Source: Clostridia bacterium
GTDB taxonomy: Bacteria; Bacillota; Clostridia; TANB77; CAG-508
Direction of reading: 5' to 3'
NCBI GenBank assembly: GCA_900752095.1
Contig: CAADUD010000061.1
Span: 1-44,264, forward strand
DNA length: 44,264 nucleotides
A program made the position numbers and the translations under genes. Shown piece after piece: positions 19,914 through 27,391 of the stretch (position 1 is its first letter; each line of letters begins with the position of its first letter). Below the pieces are notes generated by a model. The model searched no databases. It saw only the letters and a list, made by a program, of their open reading frames with translations, and was not told where the DNA came from.

Positions 19914-20307
19914 GCCTCGTTTCGCTTTATTAACGAATCAATTGTACTATTTTTGCTTTCAAAAATATCTCTAATAAAGCGAATTGATATTGGCAAACTT
20001 CTAATTTTATTATTTAATATATTAAAAGATAAAAAATCTAGAGGAGATCAATAGATTTAATAGAAACACCAACATCAGTAATGCAAAGTATCCGACCAAT
20101 AAATGATACAAGTGTAATTGTTAGTGAAAGTAGGATGGGTGTTAGAATAATAGATTTAATGCAAGGTTTTTACTCTTTACTAATCATAGCAGGATTAATA
20201 GATATGATAAAAAGCAAAAAGCGAAAGGCAAAAGAATTTTTGTTGGAACTACTATAATAGTAGTTCCGTGTATTCTTAATTAGATATCAAGTATCGTTAA
20301 AGTTAAT

Positions 20308-20837
20308 ATGTTATTAAATATATAGAAGAGGATTTAAAGGAAGAAAGTAATAGAATCAAAAGAAAGAAAAAATTTATCTTCAGGAAAATTTGCAAAATTA
20401 TTTATTAACCTCTTTTTTCTTAATAGTATTTTTGTTGGAATTGTACTTTAGATTGTTTATGAAATAGGAAAAAGATTTTTACCTACTGCAGCAACTACTA
20501 TTTTAAGTTTTGTATTAGTATTTGCAGGAATAGTAAAAATATTTTATCAGTAATAAAAGAATCTTTTTATGAGGGAAAAATCTATCAAGCAGATATTGAT
20601 AAAATTGCACAAAATATAGTTTTAATATTTATTGTGTTATTAATTATTAATGTGAGATTAGATTATGTGTCATATGCAGGTTCATTAAAATTTTCTAAAG
20701 TATTAGGCTTAGGAGATATTGCTTTTAGAAATTTTATAATAAATATTATTATAAATATTGTAATGTATACAATTATAGCAATATCTTGTAGAATAAAATT
20801 TTTAAAAGAATGTAAAAATCCAGAGAATATTATATAA
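20308..20837 (+). pseudogene. Decayed membrane-protein gene (several in-frame stops plus a frame change)
   Basis: One frame from ATG 20308 reads hydrophobic protein-like text interrupted by TAG 20323, TAA 20335, TAG 20449, TAATAA 20551. Sense continues in another frame into track ORF 20634-20837. Confidence 0.5.
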
Positions 20838-20841
20838 ATAA

Positions 20842-20886
20842 AAATTTGTACCTATAATAAGAAAAATATTATGGGTACAAATTTTT
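20842..20886. terminator. Bidirectional hairpin; probable native terminator of tRNA-Pro before island insertion
   Basis: aaatttgtacctataata / tattatgggtacaaattt 18-bp stem (one G.U), flanked by T-runs on both strands; abuts attL. Confidence 0.7.
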
Positions 20887-20889
20887 ATC

Positions 20890-20905
20890 TTTCTGGTCGA
20901 GGCGA
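20890..20905. repeat. attL: 16-bp direct repeat duplicating the 3' end of tRNA-Pro
   Basis: tttctggtcgaggcga, identical to 31249-31264; no further tRNA similarity beyond it. Confidence 0.85.
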
Positions 20906-20955
20906 GGAGAATTTGCTTTTGAAAGTTGTTTATTCTCTAATACTTTGTCATTTTT

Positions 20956-20974
20956 TGAATGTAGTTTGAATGCA
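20956..20974 (+). repeat. Two TGAATG(T/C)A motifs 11 bp apart just inside attL (candidate integrase arm-type sites)
   Basis: tgaatgta 20956-20963, tgaatgca 20967-20974; the same 8-mer recurs three times near attR. Confidence 0.5.
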
Positions 20975-21038
20975 GTTAAATCAACATATTAAATAAAATT
21001 TAAATTTTTGCATATAATATAAAAAATGTTCAATTTAC

Positions 21039-21067
21039 TTGACATTTTTTATAAAAAATTATATAAT
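21039..21067 (+). promoter_or_regulatory. Perfect consensus sigma-A promoter driving the sRNA candidate
   Basis: TTGACA (21039-21044), exactly 17 nt, TATAAT (21062-21067). Confidence 0.7.
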
Positions 21068-21073
21068 TTTTAT

Positions 21074-21156
21074 AACAGAACAAAAGTAGGCTGATGTAGC
21101 ACCAACAGAAGGGTGTGTTAGGTTAGACGACTAACCTCATCAGCCACTCTTTTTTA
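21074..21156 (+). ncRNA. Candidate ~80-nt structured sRNA (Y-shaped fold plus intrinsic terminator), family unknown
   Basis: Starts ~7 nt after the consensus -10. Outer stem ggctgatg/catcagcc (21089-21096 / 21138-21145) encloses hairpins cacc..ggtg (21100-21115) and aggttag-acga-ctaacct (21120-21137), then cactctttttt. 31/62 G+C. No ORF. Convergent with the DUF3800 stop at 21158. Confidence 0.5.
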
Positions 21157-21157
21157 T

Positions 21158-21904
21158 TTAAATAATTTTATTCCATATCCGCATAAAATTATTTAATTTA
21201 TTAGCTCTGACAGCAGGTAATAATGATTTGAAAAATATATCCTCATTATTTTCAAATTTTTTATGTATTGCCCCTGCACAGAAATCTGCACATTGTATTC
21301 CACAAGAATAGTTTGAATCTATAAACACTAAACTTTCACAGAAATTGGGGAATTTTATATAATGTGTACCAAGACTTCTTGCTCTTAAATAAGCAATTTG
21401 CAGTTCTTTGTCTAATTTATTGTTATTATCATTTTTTCTACTATCTGTAAACATCAAAGCAGGAGTCATTGCATTTCTTCCATCTCTATCCGAGATTTCC
21501 ATACATACTCTTTCCATTAATAAGTTTAATGCAAATGCATATAAATCATTATGGTTTTTTATATCAGTACGATTTTTGTAACAATTTTCTTTATCCATTA
21601 CAATTCCAATAACAGAATTTTTATAATTTGAGATCATATTTATAATATCTTGTTTCATATTTTTATATTGTTCAAAATTTAAGCCTAATTTAGAATATGT
21701 ACAACTCCATTTTACTTCGGTAGACTCTTTTAATCCATATTTTATTTTTATATCTTTAAATTTTGTTTCTATTTCTAATATATTATCTGCATTAATCATA
21801 AAGCCACTTAGTGTAAAGAATTTACTACTATCTTTAGTTAAACTGTTTTTTTCACTATCCCAACCTCCAGGTTGTCCCGATTCATCTATAAATACTATAT
21901 ACAT
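21158..21904 (-). CDS. DUF3800 family protein
   Basis: MYIVFIDESGQPG start (aaagga RBS 7 nt upstream) and C-terminal GIQCADFCAGAI match the DUF3800 DESG / Q-AD pattern. Track ORF extends to 21943, but that ATG lacks an RBS and sits in the neighbouring promoter. Confidence 0.75.
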   Translation of the reverse strand: MYIVFIDESGQPGGWDSEKNSLTKDSSKFFTLSGFMINADNILEIETKFKDIKIKYGLKESTEVKWSCTYSKLGLNFEQYKNMKQDIINMISNYKNSVIGIVMDKENCYKNRTDIKNHNDLYAFALNLLMERVCMEISDRDGRNAMTPALMFTDSRKNDNNNKLDKELQIAYLRARSLGTHYIKFPNFCESLVFIDSNYSCGIQCADFCAGAIHKKFENNEDIFFKSLLPAVRANKLNNFMRIWNKII

Positions 21905-21950
21905 AACTTTGTCCTTTCTACTGTTTTGTAAAATAATAGACATGTCATCG

Positions 21951-22003
21951 TTGACTTTTTAGATGTCTACATATATAATATAAAAAAAACAGCTATAAGT
22001 CAA
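21951..22003. promoter_or_regulatory. Back-to-back divergent promoters sharing the -10 region
   Basis: Plus: TTGACT 21951-21956, 17 nt, TATAAT 21974-21979. Minus: TTGACT (rc of 21998-22003), 17 nt, TATTAT (rc of 21975-21980). TAGACAT motif at 21937-21943 and inverted at 21963-21969 and 22060-22066. Confidence 0.55.
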
Positions 22004-22077
22004 TATGAATCAAAAAAATAAAATGGACATTATAAAAAATTTAAAATTGTATATATTAAATGTCTAGAGGAGGTTTT

Positions 22078-23109
22078 ATGAAATTAGAAAAAAAATACCC
22101 AATTGATATTGCTTTTATGATAGGTAGTGCATTGGATAAAGATAATAAATATTATATATTAAATTCTAATGAATTTAATAATAATGAATATCCTATTCTT
22201 AATATAGGGCAGATTGCAGTTGATTATTTTAATATGGATTTGCATAAGTGGGCATCTATAATAGATAACAGTAAAGGTAATAATTTTACAGAATTTTTAA
22301 TAAATATAATTAAAGATTCGTCAAAGGAATATAACTATGTTTTATCTGTTCTATTATGCAATGAATTAATACTTCTTATTAATGAACTATTGGATTCAAA
22401 AAATTATACAACATTTTACGAAAATAAATTTCATGAAATTTCAGAGTTTTATGATACATATTTAAAACATTATGGAAGCATTCCAAATGAATCTAGTGAT
22501 ATTCAAGAAATCTTAACAAGTTTAATAACATATATAGGTACTTATAAGAATTTATATAAAGTTTTTATTAAAGATTTTTTTGAGGATAAACAAGAAGCTG
22601 TTAGCATTATTAATGAACTTTTTCCAAACAGTATGGAATTGAAATACACAATTATTCCAAAAATTGATATTAAAAATAATACTTATTTTTTTCAAGAAGT
22701 TTTTAAAATAACTACATTAAATGATTTTATGAAGTATGATATATTAAAAATTATTGAAAGAAAAATCAATATAAATATTTGCAAAAATTGTGGAAAGTAT
22801 TTTATTCCAAAAAATAAATCAAACGAGAAATATTGTAATAATATTTTTGAAAATGGAAAAACATGTAAAGAGCTTTCATATCAATTAAAATTGAGTAATG
22901 ATGAAGTAGAAAAAATTTACAGAAATTCATATAAAACTCAAAATGCCAAAAAACAAAGGAATAGTCATATAAAAAATATTGATAAAAAATTTAAAAATTG
23001 GTCTATTAAGGCAAAAGAGCAAAAAGACTTGTGTAAAAATGGAACAATAACAATAGAAACATTTAAAAAATGGCTAGAAGATAATAATAATTGGCATAAA
23101 AATAATTAG
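22078..23109 (+). CDS. Uncharacterised protein with C-terminal Cys4 zinc-ribbon (DUF6076-like, from memory)
   Basis: 343 aa from ATG 22078 (aggagg 5 nt upstream; track ORF starts 22060). C-terminal CKNCGKYFIPKNKSNEKYCNNIFENGKTCKE followed by a basic helical tail. Confidence 0.7.
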   Translation: MKLEKKYPIDIAFMIGSALDKDNKYYILNSNEFNNNEYPILNIGQIAVDYFNMDLHKWASIIDNSKGNNFTEFLINIIKDSSKEYNYVLSVLLCNELILLINELLDSKNYTTFYENKFHEISEFYDTYLKHYGSIPNESSDIQEILTSLITYIGTYKNLYKVFIKDFFEDKQEAVSIINELFPNSMELKYTIIPKIDIKNNTYFFQEVFKITTLNDFMKYDILKIIERKININICKNCGKYFIPKNKSNEKYCNNIFENGKTCKELSYQLKLSNDEVEKIYRNSYKTQNAKKQRNSHIKNIDKKFKNWSIKAKEQKDLCKNGTITIETFKKWLEDNNNWHKNN

Positions 23110-23134
23110 CAAAGAAAAAATTTCTTTGCTAATT
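23104..23134. terminator. Bidirectional terminator between convergent genes
   Basis: aattagcaaagaaa / tttctttgctaatt 14-bp stem overlapping both stop codons. Confidence 0.75.
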
Positions 23135-23812
23135 ATTTTTATATCCAAACTTCTCCATTCTTTCTTCTTCTCTAGTAGATAATTCTTTTAGCCATTCAGC
23201 TAATCCATTACTATCATTATTTCTTAAAAATTCAAAATATTTTACCCTATCTTCTTTTGCAATAACAACAGGTGGTATATCATTCTTTAGTAATTCATAA
23301 TTTATAAGTAATCTACCCGTTCTTCCATTTCCATCTTCAAAAGGATGTATTCTTTCAAAATCAATATGATACTTAGCAATTTTAGTAAAAATATCTTGTT
23401 CATCGTGATTATAGTTATATATATAATACATCATTAAATTTGGAACTTTTTCAGGCTCTGGTGGGATATGTTCACTACCTTGAATAAATACTTGTACAGT
23501 TCTATAACCTTCCGTATCTTTAATATCTCTATTTATAGTTTCATTTAATTTTTTTATAAATCTTTCATCAAATTCTTCATTATTTTGTAAATTCTTAAAA
23601 ACTAATTCTAATGCTTTTTTATGATTTATAGCCTCATATATTTCCCTTGGTTCTTTTCCTTCGATTTTAAAGCTATTATCATTGTAAAGAATAGCATAAG
23701 TTTCAGCATAAGTAAGGGTACTTCCTTCTATAGCATTTGAATGATAAGTACTTCTTGTAATTAAATCTTCTAAATAATCTTTATTATTTAAAACAAATTC
23801 TAAAATTTTCAT
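23129..23812 (-). CDS. Fic family protein (class II, internal inhibitory motif)
   Basis: Fic motif HPFEDGNGRTGR (23312-23347) and N-terminal SNAIEG = (S/T)xxxE(G/N) inhibitory motif (23723-23740). Start MKILEF at 23812 has a well-spaced RBS (track start 23818). 10-16 nt after the XRE gene. Confidence 0.9.
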   Translation of the reverse strand: MKILEFVLNNKDYLEDLITRSTYHSNAIEGSTLTYAETYAILYNDNSFKIEGKEPREIYEAINHKKALELVFKNLQNNEEFDERFIKKLNETINRDIKDTEGYRTVQVFIQGSEHIPPEPEKVPNLMMYYIYNYNHDEQDIFTKIAKYHIDFERIHPFEDGNGRTGRLLINYELLKNDIPPVVIAKEDRVKYFEFLRNNDSNGLAEWLKELSTREEERMEKFGYKNN

Positions 23813-23828
23813 AAACATTTCCTCTTTC

Positions 23829-24578
23829 TTATAATCTACTCATTATATCAATATACTCTCCAGCAGTTAATACTGTTTTAGGTAAATGTAATTGAGTATA
23901 ATAAGTATCTTTACTTTTTTGATATATAGCATCTATAATTTTGCAATTTTCATCTTTATCAATTGTCATTACTAGACCTAACACATTATATTTTTGTGAT
24001 AATTTTGTAGTATATAAAGCAATTCTATCAGTTGCATTAAGTGGCATTTCTTCATCATCAAAAGAATCAATTTCAACAATTATAATACTATTTTCTAAAT
24101 CTTTAATTTTCATCATAATTTGTGGTTTAGGATCCTTGCTGTTTACAAAATCATTAAATATATCATCTATTTCTAGCATAGAAATATTTGTATTTGTTAT
24201 AGTTTCTCCAAAAGTAGTTTTTCCTACACCACAACATAATTCGTTTATTGCTGTACTTAGTGTAGTATCATTTTTGTACATTTCTTTTACTTTATCCATT
24301 CTCTTTTTTGTAAAGTTGTATTTATCTTTAATACCAGATATATCAAGTGTATCTCTATCTGTTTCATCTACAAAAACATCTGGTATTCTTCCAAGTAAAT
24401 AATCTATTGAAACATTAAAAATTGTAGCTATTTTTTTTATTGCTTCTATATTTGGCTCTCTCATATCTAATTCATATTTTGATATTGCTGCAGGTTCTAC
24501 TCCTAATCTCGTAGCAATATCTTTTTGAGTAAATCCATTTTTTTCTCTTAAATACTTTATTCTTTCGCCATTTGTCAT
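23829..24578 (-). CDS. XRE/cI-type HTH protein with uncharacterised ~175-aa C-terminal domain (Walker-A-like GVGKTT)
   Basis: 249 aa; N-terminal HTH ERIKYLREKNGFTQKDIATRLGVEPAAISKYELDMREPNIEAIKKIATIFNVSIDYLLG. C-terminal part has GVGKTT (24213-24230) and IIIVEID ~50 aa later. aaggag RBS. Confidence 0.8.
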   Translation of the reverse strand: MTNGERIKYLREKNGFTQKDIATRLGVEPAAISKYELDMREPNIEAIKKIATIFNVSIDYLLGRIPDVFVDETDRDTLDISGIKDKYNFTKKRMDKVKEMYKNDTTLSTAINELCCGVGKTTFGETITNTNISMLEIDDIFNDFVNSKDPKPQIMMKIKDLENSIIIVEIDSFDDEEMPLNATDRIALYTTKLSQKYNVLGLVMTIDKDENCKIIDAIYQKSKDTYYTQLHLPKTVLTAGEYIDIMSRL

Positions 24579-24608
24579 AATTTTTTCTCCTTTTTAATTT
24601 ATGTTTAA

Positions 24609-24637
24609 ATTTTATCATATCCATTTTGGAAAGTCAA
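24609..24637 (-). promoter_or_regulatory. Leftward promoter for the XRE-Fic operon
   Basis: TTGACT (rc of 24632-24637), 17 nt, TAAAAT (rc of 24609-24614); operator 1 lies in the spacer. Confidence 0.5.
24618..24630. promoter_or_regulatory. Operator-like palindrome 1 (ATCCA-N3-TGGA)
   Basis: tatccattttgga. Confidence 0.6.
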
Positions 24638-24704
24638 TAATTGCTGATAATTAAATATTTTTACTATAAAAGTTTTAGAAAGTTAAAAAAATTTTGAAAA
24701 AGGT

Positions 24705-24733
24705 ATTGACAATATATCCATTTTGGATTATTA
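24705..24733 (+). promoter_or_regulatory. Rightward promoter for xis-like/rep/int/mob genes
   Basis: TTGACA 24705-24710, 17 nt, TATTAT 24728-24733; operator 2 fills the spacer. Confidence 0.6.
24714..24728. promoter_or_regulatory. Operator-like palindrome 2
   Basis: atatccattttggat. Confidence 0.6.
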
Positions 24734-24738
24734 TATAA

Positions 24739-24755
24739 ATATCCAAAACGGATAT
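24739..24755. promoter_or_regulatory. Operator-like palindrome 3
   Basis: atatccaaaacggatat (ATATCC-N5-GGATAT). Confidence 0.6.
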
Positions 24756-24826
24756 AGATAAATTTGAAAGGAGGTATGCTATAAAAGTAAAAATATAAAT
24801 AGATATTTATTTTTTTACTTATCAAG

Positions 24827-24840
24827 TATCCAAAATGGAT
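24827..24840. promoter_or_regulatory. Operator-like palindrome 4
   Basis: tatccaaaatggat, 29 nt upstream of the xis-like ATG. Confidence 0.6.
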
Positions 24841-24868
24841 TTATAAAATTTCAAAGGAGGACAAAATT

Positions 24869-25114
24869 ATGAATGAAAATTTTAGTGAAGAACTTAAGAA
24901 AGAATTAGTAAAACAAGCTATAAAAAGCTTAGATGATCCATTTAAAATGCTAACTGTAAAAGATGTAGCAAAAGATTTATATATGGGAGAAAACAAAACA
25001 AACGAAATATTTAATCGTGCAGATTTTCCATCTGTGAATATTGGTAAAACAAGAAAAATACAAAAAATTGCTTATATTCTTTGGAAGATGGAAAAAAGGA
25101 TTGATGTTATATGA
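24869..25114 (+). CDS. Excisionase-like / MerR-type HTH DNA-binding protein
   Basis: 81 aa; MLTVKDVAKDLYMGENKTNEIFNRADFPSVNIGKTRKIQK resembles Xis/HTH_17 proteins; first gene of the rightward operon; aaggagg RBS. Confidence 0.55.
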   Translation: MNENFSEELKKELVKQAIKSLDDPFKMLTVKDVAKDLYMGENKTNEIFNRADFPSVNIGKTRKIQKIAYILWKMEKRIDVI

Positions 25115-25266
25115 AAAATTTAAAAAGCATTTATACAAAAGTACACTTTGGCGAGCAGACTTTTGCACAAATGCCACATAAAGATATTCGCAACCTTTAT
25201 ATAAATAGTATATCATTTTTCCTTATTTTTAACAATAGAAAATTAAGTAGAAATACTGGAAAGTGA
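25111..25266 (+). CDS. Small hypothetical protein (51 aa), translationally coupled
   Basis: ATG overlaps the preceding TGA (ATATGA at 25109-25114); MKNLKSIYTKVHFGEQTFAQMPHKDIRNLYINS...; below track cutoff. Confidence 0.4.
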   Translation: MKNLKSIYTKVHFGEQTFAQMPHKDIRNLYINSISFFLIFNNRKLSRNTGK

Positions 25267-25273
25267 GTAAATT

Positions 25274-26077
25274 ATGGAAAAAACAAAAAGATATTATTGG
25301 ATAAAATTAAAAACTGATTTCTTTAATTTAGCTGAAATAGATTTCTTATTATCACAAAAAGATGGTTGTCAGTATATTGTTTTATATCAAATGCTATGCC
25401 TACAAACTGCTAATAATAATGGAGAATTGGCATCACGAGTTGGAGAAATGATTATTCCCTATGATCCAGATAAAATAGCAAGAGATACTAAATATTTTAG
25501 TAAAGATACTGTTATTGTTGCTATGGAACTATTTAAAAAACTAAATTTAATTTATACAGATGATGGAATTTGTCTAAAAATAGCAGGATTTGAAAATATG
25601 GTAGGTAGTGAAACTGGTTGGGCAAAACAAAAAAGAGAACAAAGAGAAAAGCAAAAATTATTAAGTGGACAATGTCCACCAAATAGTCCACAAGAGATAG
25701 ATATAGATAAAGAGTTAGATATAGAAATAGATGAAGATATAGAAAATGATGGATTGAATGATGGATTAGATTTAATTAATTTAAAATTAAATAAAACAAA
25801 TTTAGTTCAAAAAGAAACAGCAAAATATAATGCAATTTTTATACAAAAGAAAATATATTTCGAAAACTCAGAATATTTACCAGAAAGTGTACTAACTCAA
25901 ATAAAACTATATCAATTGGCATTAAAAAGATTATATGACAATAAGCAAGGTGAATTATTAGAAAAAGTAACTTTACCTATACTTGAAAAAGTATTTGGTA
26001 ATATTTCAAAAAATAAAAATATTGAAAACATAATAGAATACTATATTTCAAGTTTGATAAACGAGCTTGCAAAATAG
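25274..26077 (+). CDS. Phage/plasmid replisome-organizer-like protein
   Basis: 267 aa; N-terminus YYWIKLKTDFFNLAEIDFLLSQKDGCQYIVLYQMLCLQTANNNG is typical of the replisome organizer N-terminal domain; acidic D/E-I repeat linker. Confidence 0.7.
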   Translation: MEKTKRYYWIKLKTDFFNLAEIDFLLSQKDGCQYIVLYQMLCLQTANNNGELASRVGEMIIPYDPDKIARDTKYFSKDTVIVAMELFKKLNLIYTDDGICLKIAGFENMVGSETGWAKQKREQREKQKLLSGQCPPNSPQEIDIDKELDIEIDEDIENDGLNDGLDLINLKLNKTNLVQKETAKYNAIFIQKKIYFENSEYLPESVLTQIKLYQLALKRLYDNKQGELLEKVTLPILEKVFGNISKNKNIENIIEYYISSLINELAK

Positions 26078-26089
26078 GAGGTCAAAATT

Positions 26090-27268
26090 ATGAAGAAGAA
26101 AAGAAGAAGAGGAAATGGTGAAGGCACAGTATTTGAAGATAAGAAAAATAAAAGATGGATTGGTCAATATATATCTGGAACATCTGCAAATGGAAAAGCC
26201 ATTAGAAAGTCAGTATATGGAAAAACTCAAAAAGAGGTTTTAAATAAATTAAATGAGATTAAATATAAAATGAACAATGACATGTACATTGAAAAAAATG
26301 GGATCGAATTAGTAAAAATTATGGAAGATATAAGAGAAGAAAAATTGGCATCTAATACAATTTCAGGTGGTCAATATGCTAGATTAAAATGGACTATCAA
26401 TAAAATTAAAAATAGTAAAATCGGAAATATGAAAATACAGGATATAACTAAAGATGATATTCAAGAATTTTTAAATTCTATTAAAGATTTAAGTGATTCG
26501 TATCTCAAGAAAATTTATGAACAATTTGTACAAGCATATCGTAGAGCAGAAATAAAAAAATACATTTCATATAACCCAATGTATGAAGTTATAAAACCTA
26601 AAAGCAATAAGCAAACAAAAGTGGTTGAAGCATTAAATATCAATGTGCAAAAAGAATTTACACAATATTTGAATAAAGTTTCAATAGTAGATGAACCATA
26701 TAAAAATATATTTTTAATACAAATGTATATGGGATTAAGAATAGGCGAGGTACTTGCATTAAGCAAAGAAAATGTGAATTTAGAAAATAAAGTTTTATAT
26801 GTTAAGAGAACACTAACAAATGATAAAGAATTTGCCATTATTTTAGGAAATAAGACAAAAACATATTCAGGCAATAGAACTTTACCTATTCCAGATTTTT
26901 TAGTACCAATTTTTGAAGAACAATTAAAATATACAAATGAAAATTTACACAATTTAATATTTACAAATAATGATAGTTATATAAGAACATCTGCAATCAA
27001 TAAAGAACTAAAAAGAATTTTCAAAGAAGAATTAAATGTAGATTCAAAGAATATTAGTACCCATTGTTTAAGACATACCTATGGAACAAGATGTATTGAA
27101 GCAGGAATGACAGCAGTTGTTCTGCAAAGATTAATGGGACATAAAGATGTAACTGTAACTTTAAATACATATACATCTGTATTTAATAAGTTTAAAGAAG
27201 ATGAACTTGAGAAAGTAAATACTTATTTAAATAATAACCAATTAAATTTTGTAAATAACAGCAATTAA
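26090..27268 (+). CDS. int: Tyrosine site-specific integrase
   Basis: 392 aa; Arm-type N-terminus GNGEGTVFEDKKNKRWIGQYISG; catalytic region GLRIGEVLAL ... HCLRHTYGTRCIEAGM ... LMGHKDVTVTLNTYTS (R, HxxR, Y). Confidence 0.92.
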   Translation: MKKKRRRGNGEGTVFEDKKNKRWIGQYISGTSANGKAIRKSVYGKTQKEVLNKLNEIKYKMNNDMYIEKNGIELVKIMEDIREEKLASNTISGGQYARLKWTINKIKNSKIGNMKIQDITKDDIQEFLNSIKDLSDSYLKKIYEQFVQAYRRAEIKKYISYNPMYEVIKPKSNKQTKVVEALNINVQKEFTQYLNKVSIVDEPYKNIFLIQMYMGLRIGEVLALSKENVNLENKVLYVKRTLTNDKEFAIILGNKTKTYSGNRTLPIPDFLVPIFEEQLKYTNENLHNLIFTNNDSYIRTSAINKELKRIFKEELNVDSKNISTHCLRHTYGTRCIEAGMTAVVLQRLMGHKDVTVTLNTYTSVFNKFKEDELEKVNTYLNNNQLNFVNNSN

Positions 27269-27285
27269 ATACCAAATATATAGTA

Positions 27286-27334
27286 TTGCAAGCTTCCTAT
27301 TTGTAAGTACAAGTACTACAAATAGAGCTTGCAA
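27286..27334. promoter_or_regulatory. Candidate oriT: long imperfect inverted repeat between int and mobC
   Basis: ttgcaagcttcctatttgta ... tacaaatagagcttgcaa, with inner agtac/gtact pairing; 58 nt upstream of mobC. Confidence 0.5.
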
Positions 27335-27391
27335 AAATTGGGAGAACCCAAACCCCTTTAATCTGTTTTAGGGAAAACGAGGAGGAATAAA

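Noticed and set aside
21086-21147. CUGAUGAG on the minus-strand transcript of the structured element, suggestive of a hammerhead ribozyme core
   Set aside because: The motif is base-paired in the closing stem. The required GAAA junction after stem II is absent (UAACAC instead), and no cleavage-site context is present.
21086-21147. tRNA-like appearance (8-bp acceptor-like stem, UA, two arms)
   Set aside because: There is no anticodon arm, the T-arm-like hairpin has a 4-nt loop without the TTCRA motif, and there is no CCA.
23941-24402. 153-aa plus-strand track ORF inside the XRE gene, and similar antisense ORFs (6946-7176, 12494-12820, 13172-13378, 26515-26952, 27358-27582, 29506-29865, 33000-33550 group, 35634-35888, 38716-38949, 42054-42434)
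   Set aside because: All lie antisense or out of frame within genes that carry clear family motifs. They are S/I/L/F-rich low-complexity translations typical of AT-rich DNA.
24764-24820. aaggagg followed by ATG-CTA-TAA mini-ORF and an AT-only hairpin in the xis-like leader
   Set aside because: The RBS-to-ATG spacing is 1 nt and the ORF is 2 codons long. I kept it only as a note under the operator finding.
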